From Lama glama (taxonomy: Eukaryota): 64,000 nt of DNA. Under the pieces are notes generated by a model. It searched no databases. It was not told the DNA's origin and was given only the letters and a program-made list of their open reading frames with translations. Location: assembly GCA_028534125.1 (NCBI GenBank), contig CM052816.1, positions 2,358,001 to 2,422,000 on the forward strand, read 5' to 3'. The position numbers were made by a program, and so were the translations under genes. Positions 28,466-39,920 of this stretch are shown here, one piece after another. Within the stretch, counting starts at the first letter, position 1; every line of letters starts with the position of its first letter.

Positions 28466-28537
28466 GGGGAACTGGAAAACGGTCCTACTGGGAATGTGGC
28501 TGGGCAGCTGAAGGGAGTCTTCCTGTTATTTTTCCAG

Positions 28538-28715
28538 GAGATTATTCTGAAGAGAGCGGCTGACATCGCAGAGGCCCTGTACAGTGTCCCCCGCAACCAC
28601 AGCCAGCTTCCGGCCCTCACCAACACCTCGGTCCACGCAGGAATGATGGGCGTCAACTCCTTCAGTGGACAACTGGCCGTCAATGTCTCCGAGGCGTCGC
28701 AGGCCACCAACCAAG
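28538..28715 (+). CDS. EBF1: EBF1 coding exon (~exon 13), second copy of helix 2 and start of C-terminal domain
   Basis: Acceptor ttatttttccAG, donor AAG|GTcagg, 178 nt. Encodes [59 protein letters not shown](G). Confidence 0.97.
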
Positions 28716-29179
28716 GTCAGGAGCCCGCTCTGCCCTCCCCCTTCCCAACCTCGAGCTACCCCACCCCATTTATTTGGCATAAAACAATTTTTATTTTAAG
28801 AAATTCTCTCCCCCACCTCAACAAAGGGAGATTCCTAGTCTGTATGGATACTATTGAAGTTTGGTTGTGGCCAGAGTGTCTGGGAACCTGCTGGAGGGAC
28901 TGGAAAGGCTATGTGCATGCAGCCCTGGCTCCATGTGCCTTTTCACCGTCACCCACGAGGGACAGATCACGCAGAGAGTGGGGTGCGGAACGAAAGCACA
29001 TCCCCGTCTCCCGGGGAGTAGGAACCTGTTACCTCCAGGGTCCAGCTCTTAGACTGGGATTTATTTCTGTCCCAAAATGATAATTCACAGGCCCTGCGTT
29101 GCCACTTGTCCCAGCCGCGCACTAAGTATTTGTGACCTCCTGCGGAACGTGCCTTTCGCTTACTTCCCATTTTAATCGT

Positions 29180-29620
29180 GCACTGGCTGCACACCGCGCC
29201 GTCAATCACCTTCCCTGCGGGAGGCGGGGCCTGCCCCAGCCCCGCCCCAACGCCCTCGCCCCGCCCCCCTCAGGGTTCACCCGCAACTCGAGCAGCGTGT
29301 CGCCGCACGGGTACGTGCCCAGCACCACCCCGCAGCAGACCAACTATAACTCGGTGACCACGAGCATGAACGGGTACGGCACGGCCGCCATGTCCAACCT
29401 GGGCGGCTCCCCGACCTTCCTCAACGGCTCCGCGGCCAACTCGCCCTACGCCAGTAAGTAGAGCCCCCGTGGCGCTGTTTCTGCCCCAGGGACAGGGTGT
29501 CGTGCGGTGGGGCCCGCTGGGCGGCCCTCCCCGGCCTGGGGGGACCCTGCCCCCGTGATGCGGCAGCAGCATCCCTGCGCCGCCTCTCCCTCCCCGAACA
29601 GCTGTGTGTCGTCACGGAGC
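29180..29620. other. Intragenic CpG-rich island spanning exon 14
   Basis: Visibly high GC and dense CpG compared with the flanking intron. Confidence 0.7.
29274..29453 (+). CDS. EBF1: EBF1 coding exon (~exon 14), Ser/Thr/Pro-rich transactivation domain
   Basis: Acceptor gccccctcAG, donor CCA|GTaagt, 180 nt, phase 1-1. Encodes (G)[59 protein letters not shown]. Confidence 0.97.
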
Positions 29621-29835
29621 TTCCAGGCAGAGTTGGCTTTGAGTCTGTCTGTGATGCGTTACTGCTGACTGGTAGCCCTGGGCAAGTTCCCTTCCTCTGC
29701 ACACCTGTGTTCTTAGCTGTAAAACGGGGAAGGAACCGGCACCCACCCCATACAGTTGTTGGGAGACGTTGATAAAATCATGCGTTTGGGATGAGCTTGT
29801 CTTGGTGCCTGGCCCTTGGGAGATGCATTCAGTAA
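29620..29835 (+). mobile_element. MIR SINE
   Basis: ccctgggcaagttcccttcctctgcacacctgtgttcttagctgtaaaacgggga...gtgcctggc. Confidence 0.6.
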
Positions 29836-32800
29836 CCCTAAGTCCCAGTCACCTCTCAGTGGTGCTGGGAGTACAGCATAGTGACACCAGGCTAACAGTG
29901 AAAGGCTCTCCCTCTAGAAATTTGCCTCCTTTATTATTTTTAACGCATGGAAGTTTTTTCCCCCTTGTGTTTGATACGTACAAAGAAAAACACAAAAGTG
30001 AACAAGTCAAAAAATTTATTGTTTTCAAGCATTTAGCAAGATAGAACACAGATACCCAGGAAATGTTGTTTGTAAATGTCTTAAGGGTTTGCATAAAGGT
30101 TTTTTTTTCCAGTGGGAAGAGGCGCCCACCTGTGTCAAACCTTCACTGCCTGGGCCGGAAAGTAGCCCTTTCTTCCTCTTGGTGATAACACGCAGGTGTC
30201 ATGAGTCAAAACCCCTAACAGAACTTTATTTAAACCTCTGAGAATTATTTATTTGTCGTTGGCATTCTCAGTTTGTTCTCTCCATTTCAAGCACTTTTTT
30301 TTGTTAAAACAGTGGTTACTTACCCAGATTTCTCATTTTCATTTCCTTCATCATAAGAATCCACATTGATCACTTCCCAACCCAGACAAGCTTTTAGATC
30401 ATATTTTGCTTCCACCCTCTGAGCGTGGAGACAGTGGCTTTTGTTTGGGGAGCGACCTTCGAAACATCATAAAAACCAAGTAATCTATGCAGTAAGTGAC
30501 AGAAGGTTAGCACATGTCCTTCCTAGGAAATAGCAGATTCCCACTAAGTTAACCTGGGAGAACTGTGTGTTCTAGGTTTGAGCAAAAGCTATAATACACA
30601 GTTATAACTGAAAGGAAACAATTTAGAAAAAAACTGGTGGGAAGGCTTGCGATGTTCGTGGTGCTTTGGTCAATCAAAGCAGCTGCTTTTAGGCAGCTCC
30701 TGGATGGGCTGGGGTCAGGGGCTAGGAAATTTCACCTTGGTCAGAAGCACGTGGGGAGCTTTCAAAGCTTCACTCACTTTCCAAACTAAATCAGAACGCT
30801 GAGGCATATTTGTGGCAGTGGTGGAAAACCAGTGACTTACCAGATCTGTGTGAGTTGTAGACAGACCACCTTTAATATGGAAACCTACCATCCCACTGAG
30901 GGGGACAGAATAGTTATGATGCTGCTTCTGAGGGAAAAGTAACTCAAATTGTGACCAGAGCAGCTAGGCTGATAAATGAAAACCTCCAGTGCCTACTTCA
31001 GGGGTCCACTGAACTACGGGGGAGGGGAAGGGAGGATTCCCGCCCCCTCCCCCAGCAAGCTGCATGCATTATGTCTGTCTGCCCAAGAGTCAACTTTGAT
31101 TTATCGAAAGATTGTTTCTCACAGATCCATCACTTCAGTGTTCTCTCCTCAATCAGAAAATGTTTCAATTATGACCTGCAAATTAAAAGGTGGCATTCTT
31201 AATTAAATCAATAACCTAATTGCTATAGGGTAGCAATTCAATTCCGGGGCTTGGCTTGCCCTGCCTTCCAAGCTGGTGCAGACACCCAGCAACTTCAGCC
31301 TGAGAGCGCGTCTGTCAGGCTGCAAAACTCCCAGCGTTTCTTTTCCATTAATTGATTTCCTCAGTGTCCACTAATATAGTATTAAATTCTCAAACAGGCT
31401 CTCAGACGGGGCGGTTTTATCTGCATAAATGCAAATAAAACAATAAACACAAAGCCCAGCTGATGTGAATTTTTACCTCCATAATCTTTAAATTATTCAT
31501 CAACCACTCATGTTGAAAAATTCCGACCAGAATCCAAAGTAAAATAAGACATTGCACTGGTGAACACACTTTCTGGTGTGGTGGCTGATAACTGATAATG
31601 TAACAAATGGAACTGCTTGACTATATTTCGCCCCTTCCTCTGTTAACCACCCCCCTCCAGTCCCCCACCTCTAAATACACATAATGATCGCATTTGCCAA
31701 CGAGATTAATTGCCTTCCTCAGTGAACCAGCAGGATTTCAAGTCTACGAATATTTAAAAATCAAACCTCCAGTGCAGGAGTTTTGCAATTTAAATGGGTG
31801 TGATTATTGAGCGCATTTTCACATTTACAAATCCTACGAGATGTATAAAAATGCTGGTCTCATTTAAAAGTACAGTTTAGAAAATGTTTGTGAAAATTCT
31901 GAGGGTGGCGGCGCGGCGTTTTCTGCTCCATGAAGCATTCAGCATGCTTGGATTGTGCAGCGCAGAGGGCTGGTTACCAGTGGTCACTTCCCCCTGATGC
32001 CCCAGTGGCAACTGCTGCCTGTGACCGATTGGATTCCAAAGCCAGGAAGCCGAGGGGAAGGCCACCTAATGGGCAGTTTGGCCTCTGGAGTGCTCACGGG
32101 GAGGGGCCTCCCCCGTGGCGATCTGTTTGCTTTGCAGGGTTGTGTTTGGGTTTGGTTCCCGGCCTTGCCACCTTCCAGCTATGGCTCCGGGGCAAGTCAC
32201 TGAACTATCTTGGTTTGCTCGGGTGTAGAAAGGATGGATTAGGCCCCAACTTAAGCTGGCTTGTCCAGTGATGTAGGTGAGAAAAAGGTGAAGATTCCTG
32301 TGAGCGATAAAGCACTATAGGATGTTATTACATAATGTGAAAAATAATCTGGTAAGGAGGAGGTACCTAGAATTTCGAATTAAGTGCCTGAAAATCGTCG
32401 GACAGGATTCATACTTTTCCCCAGAAGACGGAGGACACGCAAGGTGAGTGTATGGCAGTCCGAGTCCGCAGTGTAGCGGGCGTTAACGTGTGCAAAGCCT
32501 GTCTCCTCAAGTGCCCGGAGACCACGAGCAGCTAGAGAAAGACAAAAGGCGAGGCGGAGGGGACCGCGGTTGCTGGACAGTGTGCATCAGCCAGCCTCTC
32601 TCGTACCCAAGCAGCCAGGTCTTCCCTCTGTCTGGACGGCCAGAGACCTCCCCGCACTGGTAGCCCACACCCCTGGCCCCAGACTGGGAGTGCTCACACG
32701 GAGCTCCCAGCCCGCCGCTCCGGGAGACAGAGCGTGGGACTTGCGGTTCCGCGTTCTCCACAAATGTTGCACGTGGCGGACTGTTTACCCTCCTGGCCAC

Positions 32801-33414
32801 CTACTTACCTATGTGTGTCGCGGAGCGTTAAGATACAGTCATTTCCTTAAGGAGGCTGTAGCTTCAGGGGGAGACAAGGGACACACACACACATACACAC
32901 ACACCCCACCGTCAGCTAGTGCCTTAAGCTGGAATCCTGGCGCTGCCTTCGCCTCCCTCTTCTTCCTCACACCTCTCCTTCCCCTGACCACACCCTCTCA
33001 GGCTGGCCGCCTCTTGGCTCTCGTATCACCAGCCCTTTTGCTGGAGCCTTAGTTTAGCCCTACCTGGAATGCTTCCCCGGACACCTCCTCTGTGAAGCCT
33101 TCTTTGGTTTCCCTACCCTGCCTCCCCAGAGTTGGCCATGCTCACCTTTGAGGCTATGGTGTGCAACTCTATCCCTTATAAAAGCACTTTTGTTTTCTGG
33201 CCTGGGATGCGCCAGCACGCCACCCGACACACAGGAGGACCACAATAAACCCATAAAAAAGATCACCACCAACAAAAGGAAACATATGCCACGTACCTAA
33301 CGATTACAGCAGACGGGACCCCCAGAGTTCAGGGAAGGCTCGCGGTAGCAGGGGGGCCTCATCTCAGGACGCCAGAGGAGGCGCTCATTTCTGCTTTCCC
33401 GTTGCCCCTCTCAG

Positions 33415-33609
33415 TCGTGCCATCCAGCCCCACCATGGCCTCCTCCACAAGCCTCCCCTCCAACTGCAGCAGCTCCTCCGGCATCTTCTCCTTCTCACCA
33501 GCCAACATGGTCTCAGCCGTGAAACAGAAGAGTGCTTTCGCGCCCGTCGTCAGACCCCAGACCTCCCCGCCTCCCACCTGCACCAGCACCAACGGGAACA
33601 GCCTGCAAG
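33415..33609 (+). CDS. EBF1: EBF1 coding exon (~exon 15)
   Basis: Acceptor gcccctctcAG, donor AAG|GTaagc, 195 nt, phase 1-1. Encodes (I)[64 protein letters not shown]. Confidence 0.97.
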
Positions 33610-33827
33610 GTAAGCCCCGGACCCTGCCCCGACGCCCCGTCCCGGGGCCCGCCTGCGTCCGTCTGCCCTCGGCACCCCCTGTGCTGGACCCGCCTGAGCA
33701 GCCCCGGTCTCCGTCCAGCTCGGCAGCTCTGCTCGGGCCCGGGACCTGCTCGAGAATCCTGTTTCCGCTCACTAATGCCATCGTTTCTCTTTTCTCCTCG
33801 CTCGTTCCCTGTGGTGGCCATGATCAG

Positions 33828-33895
33828 ACCAGTCTTTTGAGGACTCTAGCAAGCTCTCCAGTGCAGGGTCCCTCCCGGCCTGGCCTTCTCCTGAC
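33828..33895 (+). CDS. EBF1: Candidate alternative (cassette) penultimate EBF1 exon giving a different C-terminus
   Basis: Branch point CACTAAT 33770-33776, pyrimidine tract 33781-33810, first downstream AG at 33826-33827, donor GAC|GTAGGT. In phase with exon 15 it reads (D)[16 protein letters not shown]... Confidence 0.7.
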
Positions 33896-34499
33896 GTAGG
33901 TCACTCAGCCTTCCCTTCCTGCTGCCTGTGTCAGCGTGAACGTGTGTGGGGCTGGTAACGGGGAGGGGGTGAGATGGCCCGACCAGAGCCCTGAGGTTAC
34001 TGCAGCTCAGACCAAAGACCCAAGACTTCCTGCTGGGAACCAGAAACCCCGAAGTGCCACCAGAGGACTCTGGTTCATATTAAGAGTGTTTGATTTCATC
34101 CCCATCATGGAATAGGAAACTAACGGTCACCAAGAATTGAGGGGACCTTGCTATTCAAGGAGGAAAAAGAAAAACTCACCCTTTTAAGACGGGTCCATCT
34201 TCTGTGCTGGCCCTGTGTTGGGACGTTGACCTGTGTGGCCGCCTTCGTTCCCCGCAGTGGGACAGTGTGGGAGGCCCTCAGAGCCCCTGCTTTACAGATG
34301 AGAAAGGCAGAGGTTAGGGGCGTTGGGACATTGCTTGGCTTCCAACGTGGTGCGTGGCAGAGGCTGGCTTCAGACTCAGGCTCCAAATTCCATCTCGTCT
34401 TTCTCCCTCCAAGCACTTTATTAGTCAGAGGGGTAAACAGGATGCGCTCAGGACTCCTGAGGCAGCTGGTGGGGCAGACAGACCAGTAAAATCATCAGC

Positions 34500-35030
34500 G
34501 GCCCGCCCCTGGGCACTGACCAGTGCTCAGCCCCGAGCCTGCTCTGTCTCACTTAGTTGTCGCAACTTCCTGATGAAACGGGAGGGCAATCATGATCCCC
34601 ACTGTACAGATGATAAAACTGAGGCACAGGGAGAGTCAGTACCTGCCCATAGGCATAGCCAGACTCAGTGGAGATGAATCCGAACCCCACAGGGTCTGTG
34701 CCCTAAGCCCCAGCCTACCCTGAGCCCCACGGAGCCTTCCTTTGGTGGCCAGCAGGCCCATCTTCACTGATGGGGGTCAGCTGTGGAGGCTGAGGGGTCA
34801 GGATGGCAGCCCTGTGTCTTACACCTCTATTTATACTCACATTCAAGGATTCTGTAAGTGGACACTTTACATGGATGTAAATTTACATCCATTCTCTCAA
34901 AGGCCCTATGGGGCCGGCACTATTCCCATTATACAGATGGGGAAATTAAGGCCCAGTTTGCCAGTAATGATGGAGCCAGCACTGAACCCAGTCTGTGTGT
35001 CTCCAGAACCTGAGCTCCTACTTCCTCTGC
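34500..35030 (-). mobile_element. Cluster of MIR fragments
   Basis: ccccactgtacagatgataaaactgaggcacaggga and ttcccattatacagatggggaaattaaggccca. Confidence 0.6.
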
Positions 35031-37496
35031 CTTTCTGACTCCTCACGGGCTCTGCAGAGCATTCCTCAAAAGCCTGCTGGCCAGTCTGCCCGGCATGGCC
35101 AAGGTCGGTGAAACATGCACTGGCAAAGCCATTGTTTTAGGGGGAAGAGGAAGATAATGGGCCTGTGTAACTACACCTCAGGCAGTTTCACTTGTGATAG
35201 GAAATGCCCACCCCACAAAGGGGACCCACCCATTCATGCCCGTCTAAGCTCTTTTTTCAGCTAAAAAATAAGACTTTGTCACCCCCAGTACACCTCCAGC
35301 TGGCAAGTTAAGGATTGAAAGCTTAGCGAACGTAACTTAACAATGGGTTCAAATAAGGATAAAACATATGGAAAGGGGAAGTCAGTCTGCTGTTCTCGAG
35401 CTGCTAGTCCCAACCCTTGTTACACAGAGACCTGGCCTCAGGAGGGCAGTGGCACGGAGTGTGTGCTCAACTGCAGGGGGTGGCGCAGCCGCTGTCTCGC
35501 TGGCCACCAGCGACCCCAGCGCGCAGCCCTTCGGCCAGGCCGAGTGTCCTTTCATGCCGTGTGCACCCAGGAAGGAGCAGGAAGGGACTGAAAACAGGGA
35601 CTCAGCTCGGATTTTAGAACCTGCTAGCTCTAGGGAACATCTGGTGTAGCGGGGCTTGTGCGTGCGTGTGTGCACTTAAGTACCGGTGAAACGGCGTCAA
35701 GACAGGGACACATAGAAAGTTTGTGTCCTTGTCACCCCCAGGGCGTTTCTAACCCACGTCTGTGCAGATTCCCAAAGTACAGAGACCGCTCCCTCTTCTG
35801 TCTCCACCTCCCCATCGCGCGCCTGCCACACAGCTGCTCGGCCTCGGGGGCTCGGGGTGTGACTCGGGGACACGCTTTGTGGGGGATTTGCTATTGTGGA
35901 CGACACTGCCTTTTGTTTCTGGTTGAGCATGTGTCTTGGAGGTTCTTTCTGGTGGTTTTTGTCTTTCCAACACTGTCTCGTACACTGGGGAGGGGGCAGC
36001 GGAGGAGGCATGAGTAGAGATTTAAAGTCAAGCGAACTGACACCATCTTCCTGGAAGCTGTCCTCCGTCCCGCGCGCTCCACCCCCACCCAGTGCACTCA
36101 CTGGGCGCCCGCACGTCCGGGCTGTCCCCTGCCCTCTGCACGCGGTCCCTGCAGCCTTGGGTGCGGGGCAGCCTTGTCTTCAGGGAGCTCTTGCCTGGGG
36201 CCTTGGAGACGCCACTGAGAAAGATGACAGTGTGCTCCTAGACCTGTAAGCAAAGAATTACTTCATCTTTAGCTCTCTAAATCCCACGTCTATAAAAAAA
36301 AAAATAGGACATCGATGGGTTAGAGAACTGAGGCTGAGGCTCTCCGAAGTGCCCTCTTCCTCCTGCTCCTTTCCATCGTTACAGCAACACCTGCTCCATT
36401 CGGACCCGCGTCTTCAGAGTTGTGATCGTTAAGACAGGGCAAGTGACGGAGGAAGAGCCGGTTAAGCAAATTGACCATATAAACAAGATTGGAGGTGACA
36501 CATTTAGGCTGTTTAAGTGTTTTAAAGGTCTATTTACCTCCAACTACCACTCTGCTAATTGTCCATCAGTCTTTTTTTTTTCTTTTAAGCCACTCCTTAG
36601 AGGCCCTTCTCCCCAGCACCCTTTCTCAGCCTCCTCCGGTGACCCCCAAAATGCACGCACTGCAGGCTCATGTGATGGTGGTGACAAGGGCACAGCCACT
36701 GACACTGGAGGAGGCCTTACACCCCCAGCCTGGCTCCTGCTTTATCTCGTGTTCCTCCCAGCCACCCTGAGGTGCAGGCTGTTTGCTGCCCCATTTCACA
36801 GATGCAGAAACCGAGACAGAGCGAGGACAGCACACCCAGAGTTGCACAGCTAGCAGATGGGGGGGAGCCTGGGGTTAAAACCCAGGTGGACAGGCTACTT
36901 GGTAAGCCCCTGTGCTAAACTGAATGGTCATACCCAAGCCACTGGGTTGGGCCTATGTGGACCAGGAAATCCTGACCTTAAAAGCTTTTCCTGTGTTCGA
37001 GGAAACATGACGCCACAGGAGAGAGGGCAGATCTGGCTGGGAGAGAATGGGTACCCCGCGGTGGAAGTTCTGAGGAGGGAAAGATTAGGAAGAATTCAGA
37101 ACAGCTTCGTGGAGAAAGTTGCCTTTGAACTGGACCTTGGGTGAAGGGTGAGCGGGACTGGGACACAGGGAGACAGGGTGTGCACTTTAAGCAGAAGGAG
37201 TCAGGATGACCTGAGCCAAAGACTCACATGCGGTACCCAGTAAGCCGCCCAGCATCCCTGGGCACGGGCGCCAAGAAGCAGGGGTCAGGCTGAAGAGGGA
37301 AGTCCTCACCTGGGAGTCCTAAGCTCCGTTCTTTACATTTATTTTAAAATTCGGAGTTTCTGCTGCGATTCTGACTCATTCTCTCTCCCAGGTAGATAAA
37401 ACCTCTGACAATTTACTGTACATCTGGGACATCTTCTAGGACAAGGCACTCTCTCTCAGCACTTCTGGAATCTCATAAGATGTTCTGTTGAAAAAA

Positions 37497-37996
37497 NNNN
37501 NNNNNNNNNNNNNNNNNNNNNNNNNNNNNNNNNNNNNNNNNNNNNNNNNNNNNNNNNNNNNNNNNNNNNNNNNNNNNNNNNNNNNNNNNNNNNNNNNNNN
37601 NNNNNNNNNNNNNNNNNNNNNNNNNNNNNNNNNNNNNNNNNNNNNNNNNNNNNNNNNNNNNNNNNNNNNNNNNNNNNNNNNNNNNNNNNNNNNNNNNNNN
37701 NNNNNNNNNNNNNNNNNNNNNNNNNNNNNNNNNNNNNNNNNNNNNNNNNNNNNNNNNNNNNNNNNNNNNNNNNNNNNNNNNNNNNNNNNNNNNNNNNNNN
37801 NNNNNNNNNNNNNNNNNNNNNNNNNNNNNNNNNNNNNNNNNNNNNNNNNNNNNNNNNNNNNNNNNNNNNNNNNNNNNNNNNNNNNNNNNNNNNNNNNNNN
37901 NNNNNNNNNNNNNNNNNNNNNNNNNNNNNNNNNNNNNNNNNNNNNNNNNNNNNNNNNNNNNNNNNNNNNNNNNNNNNNNNNNNNNNNNNNNNNNNN
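37497..37996. other. Assembly gap (500 N)
   Basis: Run of N, with an A-run on the left and a T-run on the right. Confidence 1.
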
Positions 37997-39539
37997 TTTT
38001 TTTTTTTTTTTTGCTGTCATGTATAAACTGGGCTTTTTCATCTCTTAAAAAAAATCCGCCTCTCCACCTTCTCTGGAGGTGAGTGGGAAGATGGGTGGCT
38101 GGGAGCAGGCAGGGCTGCCCACCTCACAGGAGGCCGGCGTTGGCCGAGCCAGCCCCTCCCCGCCGAGGGCACCCTGCTCGCGTAGGATCCCCACCTGGGC
38201 CTCCAGGGGCTGGAGCTGGGACCCCATGTTCCAGCCTCAGACACGCCGTCGGTGCTGGGCTGGCAGTACGTCGGCAAGCTTTGCCCGGTAACTCGTAACG
38301 TGGCCTTCGTGGAGGTTAACTCTCATTGACCTAACACATCCTTCAGGTGCCAGGACGCTGCGTAGATGTCTTTTTAAAAAATTCTGATCATCTAGAATTA
38401 AAAAAAGAAAAAAAGACATGTTTTTAGGGCCCAACTGATAAACTTGGGCTGGGTCCACCGGCCGAATTAGCAAGAAGTTGGGCAGTTTCCTACTTTGCTT
38501 TGTAGCGTACTGATGCAGCCTGATAATGCAGGCTGTGCTACAGGGGACGGGCCTTTAACGCCCGGCACCTGGAGTAGATTTCGTTGGAAGAGGCACAAGG
38601 AGACACGCTGCTGCTTCCAGAGGCTCAGAACTCCCACAGAAAGGCCTGCCTTTTGTGGAGGTGCCTGGACCCACCTCCAGCCTGGAGGAAAAGGTCCTTA
38701 GGGAGGCAGAGCCACGCTGAGCGGTCACCCTGCAGACACCACCCCTCCACCCCCTCGTCCTTGGAGCTACAGCGTCTTGAATTCTCAAGACTTAGACTGA
38801 AATGCTCAGCTCCCCATTTTCAGTCAAATCGAGGGCTCACTTGGATCTTAGGGGACTGCATTTCCAGCGCATCCCAAATCTTTGGGGGGTTACGTTGGTC
38901 TGCATTTGGCAAGAGACACTTCCTGTTTCTAAGAAAAATGGCTTATGAGGGCTTACGAAAAAGACTCCAGGAGCTTTTGGACTGCAAAACGGCTCTTGCA
39001 AAACAACATTTGGATGATTTACGTGTAAATGAATCAGAAACATGTGGATTAAATTTCCTTGTGAATACAGATGGGTTTAAAAATTAACGGAAAAAGTGGC
39101 AAAATACTTTTTTTTTTTAATTGAATCTAAAATGTCAGGAGGTGGGGGAGGGGAAGCAGCAGGATGTGGGGCCCTGGGCGCAGAGCCTCACCTAGCCTCC
39201 CTGTGTCTGCTGCAGGATTTGAGGCAGCTGGGGCTGGCTTTAAAAACAAAACAAAACAAAACAAAAAACACACATTCTTGCAGACATGAGTTGGGAAATT
39301 TAGAGGGTCACTTCCCAGATGCAGTCACCACTGACAAGGACATTAATTTAAATTTAGAATTGCCAACAAAAAGAAAGCAGTGACTTTCTCTCCCTGCCTA
39401 AAGGGATGCTAAGCCATCACTGGGAGCCAAAGGTGGCTGCCTCCTGCTTCTCATGTAAGCATCACTCTCATCTGCACATCTTTCAGGGTTACCACACTGT
39501 GTTCATTTTCCTGCACTCACCCCTTTGCTCCCCATCCCC

Positions 39540-39920
39540 ACCATGTGAGGTGTTCGTATCAGATGGTGCCTGATTGATATGAGGAAACACACAGCCCAGA
39601 GAAGTTAAGCAGTTAGCACCAGGTCACACAGCTGATTTAGCAGCAGAAAGGATGGGTTAAAAATCACAGCAGCCCACCTCGATGAGGTCTTTACTAGGAG
39701 CCGATATGGGCTAAGCACTTCACATGTGTTATTTTAGTTAAATCTCCACCAACCCTCGCTACCACGGCCCTCACAAATCCCGACACACCGCATTTTCTAG
39801 CTGAGAAGACAGAGGCTTAAGGAGACAAGTAAGGACCTCTGGGGAACAGGCATAGTTAGCAGGCGGAAAAGCCGGAGGTGGATGCTGGCCGTCAGAGCCC
39901 GCGCTCTTCCCAATGCAACT
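39540..39920 (-). mobile_element. Two MIR fragments
   Basis: atgaggaaacacacagcccagagaagttaagcagttagcaccaggtcacacagctg; ctaagcacttcacatgtgttattttagttaaatctc. Confidence 0.6.

Noticed and set aside
28535..28540. CAGGAG tandem (NAGNAG) acceptor at exon 13
   Set aside because: Distal GAG acceptors are rarely used, and there is no supporting evidence.
28442..29080. 212-aa ORF as a standalone gene
   Set aside because: It is exon 13 plus open intron flanks, and its start lies in a MIR.
29482..29493. EBF-like sites (CCCNNGGG) here and at ~10500, ~10742 and ~22713 as autoregulation
   Set aside because: I saw no full TCCCNNGGGA match. Partial matches are expected by chance, and one lies within an L1.
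33402..33899. 165-aa ORF suggesting intron-retention read-through of exon 15
   Set aside because: The open frame is explained by GC-rich, stop-poor sequence. The exon 15 donor is strong, and the cassette exon in another frame explains the downstream signals better.
37436..38048. ORFs of 201 and 186 aa
   Set aside because: Artefacts of the N gap.
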